From: Mustelus asterias | Taxonomy: Eukaryota | Assembly (NCBI RefSeq): GCF_964213995.1 | Contig: NC_135804.1 | Coordinates: forward strand, 143,344,001 to 143,408,000 | Length of the DNA: 64,000 nt | Direction of reading: 5' to 3' | In this document: piece after piece, positions 23,871-35,450 of the stretch | How the letters are laid out: every line of letters starts with the position of its first letter | How positions within the stretch are numbered: position 1 is the first letter of the stretch | Program-made: the position numbers and the translations under genes | Notes under the pieces: model-generated | Databases searched by the model: none | The model's input: only the letters and a program-made list of their open reading frames with translations | Told to the model about the DNA's origin: nothing

Positions 23871-25068
23871 AGAACGTACAGGGTAAATGGTAGGAGTCTG
23901 AAGAGTGCAGTTGAACAGAGGGATCTGGGAATACAGGTACAGAATTCCCTAAAAGTGACGTCACAGGTGGATAGGGTTGTAAAGAGTGCCTTTGTTACAT
24001 TGGCCTTTATAAATCGGAGTATCGAGTATAAAAGTTGGAGTGTTATGGTAAGGTTATATAATGATGTGGAGATGCCGGCGTTGGACTGGGGTAAACACAG
24101 TAAGAAGTTTAACAACACCAGGTTAAAGTCCAACAGGTTTATTTGGTAGCAAAAGCCACACAAGCTTTCGAGGCTCTGAGCCCCTTCTTCAGGTGAGTGA
24201 AGAAGGGGCACCTGTGACATCCACCTGTGACATCACTTTTAGGGAATTCTGTACCTGTATTCCCAGATCCCTCTGTTCAACTGCACTCTTCAGACTCTTA
24301 CCATTTACCCTGTACGTTCTAATACCACTACGCCACTGCCTCCCCTTATACTGATACAGGCTGATTCTGGGGATGGTGGGACTGATGTGTGAGGAGAGAT
24401 TGACCTGAAGAAGGGGCTCAGAGCCTCGAAAGCTTGTGTGGCTTTTGCTACCAAATAAACCTGTTGGACTTTAACCTGGTGTTGTTAAACTTCTTACAAG
24501 GTTATATAAGGCATTGGTGAGGCCGAATTTGGAGTATTGTGGACAGTTTTGGTCACCTAGTTACAGGAAGGATGTAAATAAGGTTGAAAGAGTGCAGAGA
24601 AGGTTCACAAGGATGTTGCCGGGACTTGAGAAGCTGAGTTACAGAGAGAGATTGAATAGGTTGGGACTTTATTCCCTGGAGCGTAGAAGATTGAGGGGAG
24701 ATTTGATAGAGGTGTATAAGATTTTGATGGGTATAGATAGAGTGAATGCAAGCAGGCTTTTTCCGCTGAGGCTAGGGGAGAAAAAAACCAGAGGGCATGG
24801 GTTAAGGGTGAAAGGAGAAAAGTTTAAAGGCAATATTAGGGGGGGCTTCTTCACGCAGAGAGTGGTGGGAGTGTGGAATGAGCTGCCGGATAAAGTGGTA
24901 AATGCTTTAAGATTTAAGAAAAACTTGGACGGGTTCATGGATGAGAGGCGTGTGGAGGGATATGGTCCAAGTGCAGGTCAGTGGGACTAGGCAAAAAATG
25001 GTTCGGCACAGACAAGAAGGGCCAAAAGGCCTGTTTCTGAGCTGTAATTTTCTATGGTTCTATGGTTC
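23871..25068 (+). mobile_element. CR1 3' fragment interrupted by a PLE insertion
   Basis: QVDRVVKSAFVTLAFINRSIEYKSW..RLY, resuming LVRPNLEYCGQFWSP...; tail (ttctatgg)n. Confidence 0.9.
24062..24497. mobile_element. Palindromic Penelope-like insertion carrying a captured inverted copy of flanking DNA
   Basis: Tailed minus pLTR 24062-24199; 24219-24404 = reverse complement of 23787-23972; tail-less plus pLTR 24403-24497; TSD aaggttatataa at 24050-24061 and 24498-24509. Confidence 0.92.
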
Positions 25069-25390
25069 TATTGCTAGACTAGTACTCCAGAGATCCAGGA
25101 TAATGTCCTGGCGATCTGGGTTTAAATTCCACTACGGCATGGCACCTGGTGAAATTTGAACTCGAAAATAAAAAAATTAAACGTCTAATGATGACCATTG
25201 TCGATTGTCTTAAAAACCCAGCTGGTTCACTAATGTCCTTTAGGAAAGGAAATCTGCCATCCTTACCCGATCTGGCATATATGTGACTCCAGATCCAAAG
25301 CAATGTGGTTGACTCTTAATTACCTTCAGGGATGAGAAATAAATGCTGGCTCAGCCAGTGAAGCCCACATCCCATGAACAAACTAAAAAG
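25069..25390 (+). mobile_element. SINE family C body (heads stranded at ~23330 and ~23846)
   Basis: ttgctagactagtactccagag...aataaatgctggctcagccagtgaagcccacatccc. Confidence 0.8.
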
Positions 25391-25712
25391 AAGAGAATAC
25401 ATGACCCATAGTTAGGGGTCAGTCCAGTGTTGGACAGAGCTGTGTGTGCAAGCAAGCATGGAGAAAGCGTCAAGTTTGAACCCTTCACTGTATATATACG
25501 CAGTTCTTGTAGTTAATAAGTACATACAGTTAACCTATTTAAGACTACGAGAGCTTCATTAAGACGTGCCAAATGGTACTCAACACCCGACAGAAATAAC
25601 GTGTGGATTCCAGTTCCACAGGTCTCCAAAGCCATTTTGTATGCAAACCATGGCTGTGAATGTTGACAGGCTCTTATTACTGTGGACATGAACAATCCTG
25701 CACCCCCCCCTC

Positions 25713-25743
<31 letters not shown>

Positions 25744-26215
25744 GTTTACCCGGTGGCAGTGAGCCCGCCCTGTTATATCATCAGCCCAGACTGGGAATCA
25801 AATCCTACACTATGCATTTTTTCAGTGTATCTTCACACACACAGTGTGTTTTCCCTTTGGGAAATACTGGGGAAGCGGTGAAAGGATTCCTGAATTGGTT
25901 GTCAGCCTATTGAATAGCATTATAAAGGCTCCATTCTGTGGCCATCAAATCCTGATGTTGGACTTGAACCCAAAGCTTCTGGTTCAAAAGTACGGGCGCT
26001 ATCATTGTGCCATAAGACCTCCTTGCCCCCTCTGTGTGAAGCTCGGTAATAAGCTTAATCAACCTTGTTTGATTTATTCTTTCTCTTTCATTGCTCCCTG
26101 TGATTAGGCCTTTCATACACTGATGCCAATCTTTTAAAGCACTGAGCACAAATTATAATTTGGCCATCTTGCTGTAAGTTTTAGCATTGTCCCCATTCAG
26201 TCTCCCAGCTGCAAT

Positions 26216-26545
26216 TCATAGAATCATAAGATCCCTACAGTGCAAGAGGAGATCATCTGGCCCATCAACTCTCCGACAGAGCATTCCATCCATGCCCTAT
26301 CCCCGTAACCCCAAGTTGTTACCCCACTAATCCCCCTAACCGACACATCTTTGGACACTAAGGAGCAATTGAGTATGGTTAATCCACCTAACCGGTGAAT
26401 CTTTGGAGGAAACCGGAGCACCCAGTGGAAGCCCATGCGGATACAGGGAGAATGTACAAACTTCACGCAGCCAGTCTCCCAAGGTTGGAATTGAACCCAG
26501 GTCCTTGGTACTGTGAGGCAGCAGTGCTATCCACTGTGCCACTGA
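26216..26545 (-). mobile_element. HE1/V-SINE (tail A)
   Basis: Reverse-complement copy with catagaatcataagatccctacagtgca tail. Confidence 0.85.
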
Positions 26546-26713
26546 GCTGCCCTTCCAATGTCATGGTGTGCACTGTACCCTACATTGTGATTTGTGAAGA
26601 CTCTAAGAGCGCACAATGACTGTATTCTTTGTTATTTATGCACCAGCAGGGAAATGGTAACCTGCAATGGGGGTCTCCTGTCTCCCAGTACCACTCATGT
26701 TTAACCACACGGT

Positions 26714-27198
26714 ATGTGGCAGCATGGTGTCTCACTGATGTCTCACTGCGCCAGGGACCCGGGTTCAATTCCAGCCTCGGATCACTGTCTGTGCCGGGTT
26801 TGCACATTCTCCCCGGCCGGAATTTTACTGGCATGCTCACCCACACACCGCACCCCCCCCGCCCCGGAATCGGGACTGATGAGGTTCACGGAATGGCATT
26901 CTCCATTGGCCTTGGGTGAGATCTCATGAGACTCAGGCAGGCGAGGCGATAAAATTCTGGTACCCGTGTCTGCGTGGGTTTTCACCGGGTGCTCCAGTTT
27001 CCTCCTACATTCCAAAGATGTGCGGGTTAGGTGGATTGGCCGTACTAAATTGACCCTAGTGTCAGGGGGACTAGCAGGATAAATGTTTGGGGTCACGAGA
27101 ATAGGGCCTGGGTGGGATTGTGGTCAGTACTGACTCGATGGGCCGAATGGCCTCCTTCTGTACTGTAGTGATTCTATGGTTCTATTCTATGATTCTAT
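26714..27198 (+). mobile_element. HE1/V-SINE interrupted by a MITE
   Basis: ttctcccc|MITE|cccgtgtctgcgtggg. Confidence 0.85.
26815..26962. mobile_element. Harbinger-type MITE
   Basis: TIRs ggccggaattttac / ataaaattctggta; 3-bp TSD ccc deduced from the uninterrupted SINE consensus ttctccccgtg. Confidence 0.75.
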
Positions 27199-27509
27199 TG
27201 TCCATCCTACTCGTCACATCCTTAATAACTCATAGCAGATTTGTCAAACACCATTTCCCTTTTATAAATCATATTATGATTTTCTCAGTGCCCTGTATCG
27301 TGCCCCCAATAATAGATTCAAGCATTTTCCCTACTACTGCTTCCAGGCTAACTGGCCTGTAGTTTAGCTTTCTCTCCTTTCTCGAATATTGGGGCTACGT
27401 TTGCTACCTTACAGTCGAAGAAGATCCTTCCGGAATGTCGGGAATGTCAGACTGAATAAATGTTAATTTTTTTGTGTTGACAAATTGATTATTCAACTGA
27501 AGATGTGAA

Positions 27510-27720
27510 AGAAAGAAATAACTTTCACTTCTATAGCACCCTTCATGTCTTCAGAACATCCCAGATCACCTCACAGCCAATGAGTGTAGTTACTGTTGTG
27601 ATGTAGGAAACGCAGCAACCAATTTGCACTCAGTAAGCTCCAGCAAACAGCAATGAAATAATCACCAGGCCATCTCTCTTATAGAGACATTGGCTGAGGG
27701 ATAATAATTGGCTGGGATAC
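27510..27720 (-). mobile_element. Deu-domain SINE 3' fragment
   Basis: aaagaaagaaataactttcacttctatagcacc...aaacagcaatgaaataatcacc. Confidence 0.55.
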
Positions 27721-29432
27721 AAACCAATAAACCTGTGCCGTTGTCATTGCCCTCTGTGATAATGGTGCTGGGCCTTTAAGCTGTCAAGTTCAGTCCCAGA
27801 TCCTGTTTTTAGTCTGTGGGGGGTGGATTTATGGTGCCCGCTTGTTGCTGGCAGGAATGGCGTGGGCCTGGATAATCTAGTGTTGGCAGAAAAATGGGTT
27901 TAGCTCTGAGTGCCAAAGCCATTGCGATGCTCCACACCCGCCACACCGGCCCCAATCAGGTTCCAACCTGGTCTGGGCAGGAGCCTGATAATTATTCTAA
28001 AGGCCTGTTTTAATTAGTGGGTCTGTAATCCACTTCAAATCCCTCCTGCCATTCACCCCCCTCTCCAGCAGGATCTGCACCGGGTGGGTTTTGGTGCAGG
28101 TCCTGAAATCGTGAACCTGACACGCTGGACCCCAAGGGGGTCAAGGAGGTAAGTGTGTATGCCATGTGCCCTCTGCCATTGCCATGCTGCAGAGGGACCA
28201 TCCACCAAGGCTCCTGGGGGTTGGATGGACTCAGGTTGGCAGCAAGAGGTTGAATTCAGCACTTTATCATGAGATGGAGGTCTTGTGGCTGGATTGCCCC
28301 TTCTAGCCCTGGGAAAGTTGATGATGGCTTGGTGATTTCAGGCATCTCACTGATCAAAATCTTCTGTCCGTCAACTGTGAAAACTTTAAGGTGGCCTGGT
28401 CACTTTGATTTCCATGTTCGCTGGAAACTTGGCAGGCTTTCAAATCCCACCAGCACTCCATTCAGAAAAGGGTTCCCTCTTTGTCTCTCTAAGAAGCTGC
28501 AAAATTGAGAAGATCCCTTTCAAGTACTCTGACTGACAGAAGTCAGGCACTTTCACTTGGCGGGGGGGGGCATTGTTTGCTTTCCCACAGCTGCTCACAC
28601 AGTCCCATTCTTTAACACAACATTTATTTCCCGTCTCTCAGCCTTCCGAGAAAGCTGAAATCCCTTCAAACCCTTTGAAGACCCTTATTTCCATTCACTT
28701 TCAATCCACAATGCTTCTTAACTCTCCTTTGATTGACAGCTTAATGGTTTTCAGACAGCATGCAGTCAGCTTTGTTTGTTGATCTTTTGCTGCACGGTTG
28801 AATTCAACGCAAGCCCCCCCCCCCCCCCCCCCCCCCCCCGCCCCCCCACCACCCCCACTGTTTCTAACCACAATGTTTGCACAAGAGAAATTGAAAAGCA
28901 TTTAGTTACTATTGAAGTTGCCTGCAACTGTGACCATGTTTAATGGGGTTTCCGTGGAGATATTCTGGCTGGTCTAGGTGCTTCTAAGAAGAGGGAAACT
29001 GGCCAGAATTTCCATTCCTGGATAATATCCATTATTCTACCGACAAAATATCCAAGCCCAATGATCAGATTCCTGCCTGTACATTACTGCCAAGTAGCCA
29101 CTGTTTTCCACGAGAGACAGCTGAATCTTTTACTTAGATCCAGTCCTGTATTCACTGTCACGTACCCATTAGTCCTTTGCACATTTCCAAGAACTATCTC
29201 GGCAGGTTTCAGTTTTCGCAGAAGCACAGAATGTGATGTCCAAAACATGGATACAAATTTGCAGTTCCATACATCATGAGCAGAATTTGAATGACCGGGT
29301 GGGTCATTTAATGCCTGAGGAAACCTGACACTGGTTCGGGCCTCCTGTCCGTGACCATGGGCCGGCACCTTTACCGGGTCAATATTTTTGGCGCCAGTTT
29401 CAAAATCGGTCCCATTCGGTGACTCTGCATGT

Positions 29433-29843
29433 TTTTATTTTATCCATTCGTGGGACATGGGCATCACTGGCTGGCCAGCATTTGTTAAAACTGTTATTGT
29501 GTTTACCCCAGTCCAACGCCGGCATCTCCACATCAGCATTTATTGCCTATCCATAGTCGCCTGACGGCAGTTAAGAGTCAACCACATTGCTGTGGCTCTG
29601 GTGTCACATGTAGGCCAGACCAGGTAATGATGGCAGATTTCCTTCCCTAAAGGACCTGAGTGAACCAGATGGATTTTTCTGACAATTGACAATGGTTTCA
29701 TGGTCATCAGTAGATTCTTAATTCCGGATTTCTTTCATTGAATTCAAATTCCACCATCTGCTGTGGCTGGATTCGAACCTGGGCCCCTAGAACATGAGTT
29801 TCTGGATTAATAGTCTAGCAATAATAACACTAGGCCATTGCCT
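29433..29843 (-). mobile_element. SINE family C containing a 50-bp PLE stub
   Basis: Reverse complement of the 13616 family. Confidence 0.85.
29484..29533 (+). mobile_element. Ultra-short PLE family-1 3' stub (pLTR end plus tail)
   Basis: gttaaaactgttattgtgtttaccccagtccaacgccggcatctccacat; TSD cagcattt at 29476-29483 and 29534-29541. Confidence 0.8.
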
Positions 29844-29859
29844 GTTCAGATCCTATATG

Positions 29860-30392
29860 ATTTTGATTTGATTTATTATTGTCACATGTATTGGGATGCA
29901 GTGAAAAGTATTGTTTCTTGCGCGCTATACAGACAAAGCATACCGTTCATAGAGAAGGAAAGGACAGGATGCAGAATGTAGTGTTACATAGCTAGACAGT
30001 AGAGAAATATCAGCTTAATATATTGTAGGTCCATTCAAAAGTCTGATGGCAGCAGGGAAGATGATGTTCTTGAGTGGGTTGGTACATGTTTTCAGCCTTT
30101 TGTATCTTTTCCCAACGGAAGAAGGTGGAAGGTGGGGTGCGTGGGTCCTTGATTATGCTGGCTATTTTTCCGAGGCTGCAGGAAGCGTAGACAGAGTCAA
30201 TGGAAGGGAGGCTGGTTTGCGCGATGAACTGGCCTTCGTTCACGATCCTTTGTAGTTTCTTCCGGTCTTGGTCAGAGCAGGAGCCATACCAATTTGTGAT
30301 CCATCCGGAAAGGACGCTTTCTATGGTGCATCTGTAAGAATTGGTGAGAGTTGTAGTGGATGTGCTGAATTTCCTTAGCCTCCTGAGAAAGT
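29860..30392 (-). mobile_element. Rex1/Babar 3' fragment
   Basis: Minus-strand AQTSLPSIDSVYASCSLGKIASIIKDP; (tgatt)n end. Confidence 0.85.
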
Positions 30393-30518
30393 TGATGAGT
30401 GAGTAGGACTCTTTCTTGCCTCTGAGTCAGGAGGCCAAGCCCCGTTTTAGAGACCCGAGCAAAACTTGCAGTCTGACCCGTCTCGTGCAATACTGAGGGT
30501 GTGCTGTATCCTCAGAGA

Positions 30519-31186
30519 CAGGATTGCCAACCTTCCCGGATTGGCCTGGAGTTACCGGGACACAGCTTTGTGCAACCCAGGAACAAAATCATCGTGACAC
30601 TAAAACGGATTGCTTTTTATTTGTCATCGTCTCTGAACATTTCTTTTCACCATATATAAAAATATTGAAAAAGGGGGAGAAAATGCCTGTTTAGCGATCA
30701 AACATCAGCCTTTTCAAAGTAAAATTTATATATTCGTCACAAGTAAAGCTTACATTAACACTGCAATGACGTTACTGTGAAATTCCCCATGTCGCCACAC
30801 TCCGGCGCCTGTTCAGGTGCACTGAGGGAGGATTTAGCATGACCAATGCACCTAATCAGCACATCTTTCAGACTGTGGGAGGAAACCGGAGCACCCAGAG
30901 GAAACCCACGCAGACACGGGGAGAATGTGCAAACTCTGCACAGACAGTGACCCAAGCCGGGAATCGAACGCGGGTCCCTGGAGCTGTGAGGCAGCAGTGC
31001 TAACCACCGTGCCGCCCCACTGTGTCGCAATGCCGCCAATTGGGTAACGAGTTTTTGTGCTTTCTATTTGGAGTAGGAAGGCAGTGCGTCACAACGATGG
31101 ATGTGTTGGCCAACTAATGGCCGGAGTGCAGGGGCAAGTCATGCGAAACTTCCAGAAATACATTTAGTCACAAATTGGCAACCCTG
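30519..31186. mobile_element. Non-autonomous hAT-type (Blackjack-like) DNA transposon
   Basis: TIRs caggattgccaa / ttggcaaccctg; diverged 8-bp TSD ctcagaga / atcagtga. Confidence 0.65.
30718..31020 (-). mobile_element. V-SINE with tail B (nested in the hAT element)
   Basis: gtcacaagtaaagcttacattaacactgcaatg...gctaaccaccgtgccgcccc. Confidence 0.9.
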
Positions 31187-31471
31187 ATCAGTGACGAGAC
31201 TTTAAAATGAGCACCTGTCTCGGGTGAATATAAAGGATCCCTTTGCACTATTTGCAGAGAAGGGGAGTTCTCCCTGTGTGCTGATCAATATTGATCCCTC
31301 AGCCAACATCAGTGAAAAGCACATGATCTGAGTATTATCACAATGATGTTTGTGAAATCTTGCTGTGTGCAAGATAACATACTGTGCATTGCAACGGTGA
31401 CCACTCTTCAAAATGACTCTGACCCTGAAGTACTCCCTGACACTCTTGGGGATGTGAAAGTCGCTATATGA

Positions 31472-31796
31472 ATGATAGAGTCCTACAGTGCAGAAGGAGG
31501 CCATTCAGCCCGTCATTGTGGTCTGCACGGACCACAATCCCACCCAGGCCCTATCCCATAACCCCATGCATTTACCCTAGCTAGCCCCCCTGACACTAAG
31601 GGGCAATTTAGCATGGCCAATCCACCTAATCCGCACACCTTTGGACTGCAGGAGGAAACTGGAGCACCCACAGGAAACCCACGCAGACACAGGGAGAGAA
31701 CATGCACTCTCCGCACAGTGACCCAAGCCGGGTTTTGAACCCGGGACCCTGGCGCTGTGAGGCAGCAGTGCTAGCCATTGTGCCACCGTGCCACCC
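31472..31796 (-). mobile_element. HE1/V-SINE (tail A)
   Basis: Reverse-complement full copy. Confidence 0.9.
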
Positions 31797-32644
31797 TCTG
31801 CAAATTCTATTTTTATGGCTACCCATTAATTGCAGATTACTAACAACATTCACTTGCCAGTTTAATCTAACCACAACGGGGTCCCAATTGAACTTATCCC
31901 TGAAGTCACAATGTCCTTGCAAGTTTCATCAGAAGTCACGAGGAGTAAGGCAAACTGATTGGCTCACCACTGACAATAACCCTCACTTATGTAAAAGTCC
32001 ATCATATTTCACTCGAATGCTGTCCGGTTGAGTTATGAGACTCCCACACTTGTGAAGGATGGCCGCCACTTTACTACAGGTGCGATATTCTGCTTAAACT
32101 CTGCACAGCCCGACAGGAAGCTAAGATTAAAAAGGAGACGGATCGGGTCTTTGCAACAACGGATCATCGGCATTTCAGGCAAAGTGCGATGGTTATACGT
32201 TAACATTTCTTATTAATCATCCCTAGGCAACTTCTGATGTGGCATGAGCCTGAGTTCACAATCCATCCTGTCTGACAGAGTATTAGGAGGGTCCATTAGA
32301 TATCTGCTGTCTGGGTTATTGCCAACAGGATGTGATCACAACCTCGGCCCTTCTTGCCTCTTGGTGAAGTGGTCAATCTATTCAAACTACCCTGGGTGGA
32401 ATAGGCCATTTCTGAATGTTCTGCCACCTCTCTCAATTGTAACACTAAACGAGAGAGGCATAATAGCAAAATAAAAATAAAACACAGTAAAACAGGGAGA
32501 GAGAAAAATACCCCAAGGCACAGATTGGAAGGGAATGACAAATCTGCGCACAAAATGAGAGAGTAAAGCAGATATACACATAGAAACCATCGAAACCCTA
32601 TCGTACATATAGTATAGTTATATACTATAGTATATAGTATCCTC

Positions 32645-32937
32645 GGGTGGATGTAGCTGTTACTAGGGGGCATAATTGTAAGGTTCATGGTGGGAGATAT
32701 AGGAGGGATGTCCGAGGTAGGTTCTTTACTCAGAGAGTGGTTGGGGTGTGGAATGGACTGCCTGCTGTGAGAGTGGAGTCGGACACTTTAGGAACTTTCA
32801 AGCGGTTATTGGATAGGCACATGGAGCACACCAGAATGATAGGGAGTGGGATAGCTTGATCTTGGTTTCGGAAAAGGTTCGGCACAACATCGTGGGCCAA
32901 AGGGCCTGTACTGTGCTGTACTGTTCTATATTCTATA
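32645..32937 (+). mobile_element. CR1 3' fragment inserted in the tail of a minus-strand V-SINE (32580-33142)
   Basis: TRGHNCKVHGGRYRRDVRGRFFTQRVVGVWNGLP; tail ctgtactgttctatattcta. Confidence 0.85.
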
Positions 32938-33212
32938 CAGAAGGAGGCCATTCAGCCCATCGAGTCTGCACCGACAACAATCCCACCTAAACCCTATCCC
33001 CGTAACCCCACACATATACCCTGATAATTCCTCTAATTTGTGCATCCCGGGATATTAAGGGGCAATTTAGCGTGGCCAATGCACCTAACCCGCACGTCTT
33101 TAGACTGTTGGAGGAAATTGGAGCATCCAGAGGAAACCCACAATTATACGTCCACTGAGATTGGGAGAGAAAAACAGACAAGCTCATATATAAACTGAGA
33201 GAGAAGCAAAGG

Positions 33213-33460
33213 TGCAATGATTTTAATCAGGCAATTGAGGGTGGCCTGCTTGAAGATGAACACCAAAAACAGGTCCCCGATCAAGGGCCAAACCGATGGT
33301 CCAATCAGGGAGCCCCATGCTCTGTACTTAAGCAAGAGTGTCAGTTCCTCTGGCACTCCGGATGTAGACTGCTGACTGGGAGCACTCTGTCTAGTGTCGT
33401 TGGATCTTGTAAATAAAGGAATTTTGGTGAAGGGACTTCTGCCTCTGAGGACTGATTACA
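33213..33460 (+). mobile_element. Solo LTR (248 bp), probably Gypsy-type
   Basis: TG...CA termini (tgcaatga...gattaca), ccaatc box, aataaa at ~33412, perfect 5-bp TSD aaagg at 33208-33212 and 33461-33465. Confidence 0.8.
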
Positions 33461-33854
33461 AAAGGCGTACAAATACAGAGAGAAGAATGGGACTTTATAC
33501 AGATTGAGAGGGAGGAGTCTACAGAAAGAATGGATTATGCATGGATCACCTTCCGTGCTTGATAATACCTAACTGCACCTGTCTTTCACCTGTCTCGGTT
33601 GTTGATGACCTCTTGTGTTGTCAGACTGCACATCCAACAACCAGTTTTCGATGAGCTACCATTTCCTCCAGGTAATCATTGGGAAGACCGAATCATTATC
33701 TTTGGACTTCTCCATAAGCATTATACCCCTTCCACCACTTCTATTCCCCTTCCCCAGCAACTGTCTCAGGTTAAACCAGACAATTTACAATTTAACCCTA
33801 TTTAACCCAAATTTCCATAACTGACCCTATGTACCCCCTCCTGCCTCCATAACA

Positions 33855-34545
33855 TGGAAACCACAGACAAATTACAGCACAGAAAAAGGCCATTCAGCCC
33901 ATCATGTCTGCACTGGCCAGATAAAAAGAGAAACTAGCCACACATTGCAATCCCATTTCTCAGGACCTGGTCCATGTCCTTGCAGATTCCAGCACGTCAG
34001 GCACAGATCCAGGTACCTTTTAAATGAGTTGAGCATTTCAGCCTCAGCCATCAACTTAAGCAGTGAATTCCAGATGCCCACCAGCCTCTGGCTAAAAAAA
34101 AACTTTTCCTCATGTCCCCTCTAATCCATCTACCAATCACCCTAAATCCATGCTCAGCTTGCATCAGATGGAGTTTAGATGGTGACTTGATATAAGTTCC
34201 TGAGGTGGTTTGGCAGTGTGGACGTGGAGAAGATGTCTCCTCTTGTTGGAGAATCTAGAACTAGAAGGGGTGAGGGGATCACTGTTTAAAATTGAGGAGT
34301 TGCCCATTTAAAATAGAGATGGGCAGAAATCTTTTCTCTGAGGGTCGTGAGTCTTTGGAACTTTTTTCCTGAAAAGGTAGTGGAAGCAGAGTGTTTGAAT
34401 ATTTTTAAGGCAGTTGATTCTTGCGAAGAAGTGGGTGATAAGTTATCTGGGGAGGTGGAATACAGCTTTGAGATTTGAGATCAGCCATGATCTTATTAAA
34501 TGAGGAGTAGGGTTGAATGGCCTTCTCCTGCTCATTATTCACATG
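33855..34545. mobile_element. Two CR1 3' fragments (minus 33855-34150, plus 34170-34545)
   Basis: gaattccagatgcccaccagcctctgg on minus; gaatctagaactag...tcagccatgatcttatt on plus. Confidence 0.7.
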
Positions 34546-34555
34546 TTGCATGTAA

Positions 34556-34888
34556 GGGTGGCACGGTAGCACAGTGGTTAGCACTGCTACCTCACGGCGC
34601 CAGGAATCCGGGTTTGATTCCCGGCTTGGGTCACTGTCAGTGTGGAGTCTGCATGTCCTCCCTGTGTCTGCGTGGGTTTCCTCCGGGTGCTCTGGTTTAC
34701 TCCCTTAGTCCAAAGATGTGCAGGTCAAGTGGATTGGCCATGCTAAATTGCCCCTTAGTGTCAGGGGGATGAGCTAGGGTAAATGTATGGGGTTATGAGG
34801 GTCGGGCTTGGGTGGAATTGTGGTTGGTGCTAACTTGATGGGTCAAATGGCCTCCTTCTGCACTGTTGGATTCTATGATTCTATGATA
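34556..34888 (+). mobile_element. HE1/V-SINE (tail A)
   Basis: Canonical copy ending gattctatgattctatga. Confidence 0.9.
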
Positions 34889-35129
34889 TGTCCCTGGCAA
34901 TTGACATTTCAGCTCGGGGAAACAGTTTTTTCCGAACTACCCTGTTTAGGCCCCTCAGGAAAACAAACCTAGCCTATCCAATCTTTCCTCATAGCTACAA
35001 TTTACAAGCACTGACAGTATTTCTGTAAATCTCCTGTGTACCCACTCCAGTGCAATTACATCCTTCCTGTAATGTAGATGTTGCGTTCTCTGCCCCACTC
35101 AAGCTGAAATGCTCATCCATCATGCCTTA

Positions 35130-35450
35130 TTTCATGAACCAGCATCTGTTGCCCATCACTAATTGGCCTTGAGGGGAACATTTAAGAATCAACCACATTG
35201 GGTCTGGAGTCACAGGTAGGCCAGACTGGGTAAGGATGGCAGATTTCCTTCCCTAAAGGCACATTAGTGACCCAGGTGGGTTTTTGCGGAAAAACAACAA
35301 TGGTTTCAGAGTCATCATTAGACTTCTAATTCCAGAATTTTTATTCAATTCAAATGTCACCATCTGCTGTGGTGGGATTTGAACCTGTGCATTACCCTGA
35401 GCCACTGGACTACTAATCCAGTGACAAAATCATTATGTCACTGCCTCCTT
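35130..35450 (-). mobile_element. SINE family C
   Basis: ggagtcacaggtaggccagactgggtaaggatggcagatttccttccctaaagg. Confidence 0.8.

Larger units (their letters stand above)
30400..31470 (+). mobile_element. Deu-domain SINE split by a hAT-type element
   Basis: gcctctgagtcagg...gcaatactgagggtgtgctg (to 30518) resumes at 31187 with ggagttctccctg...aatattgatccctcagccaacatca. Confidence 0.65.

Noticed and set aside
25703-25738. Long C/G homopolymers (also ~3152, 28814, 43006)
   Set aside because: G-quadruplex-capable, but mostly repeat-associated and their lengths are sequencing-error prone; no further evidence of function.
28060-28160. Strong splice donors (gag|gtaagt 28149, aag|gtgagt 3396, aag|gtaagt 59940)
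   Set aside because: They lie in GC-rich MITE-like repeat sequence; no coherent reading frame links them.
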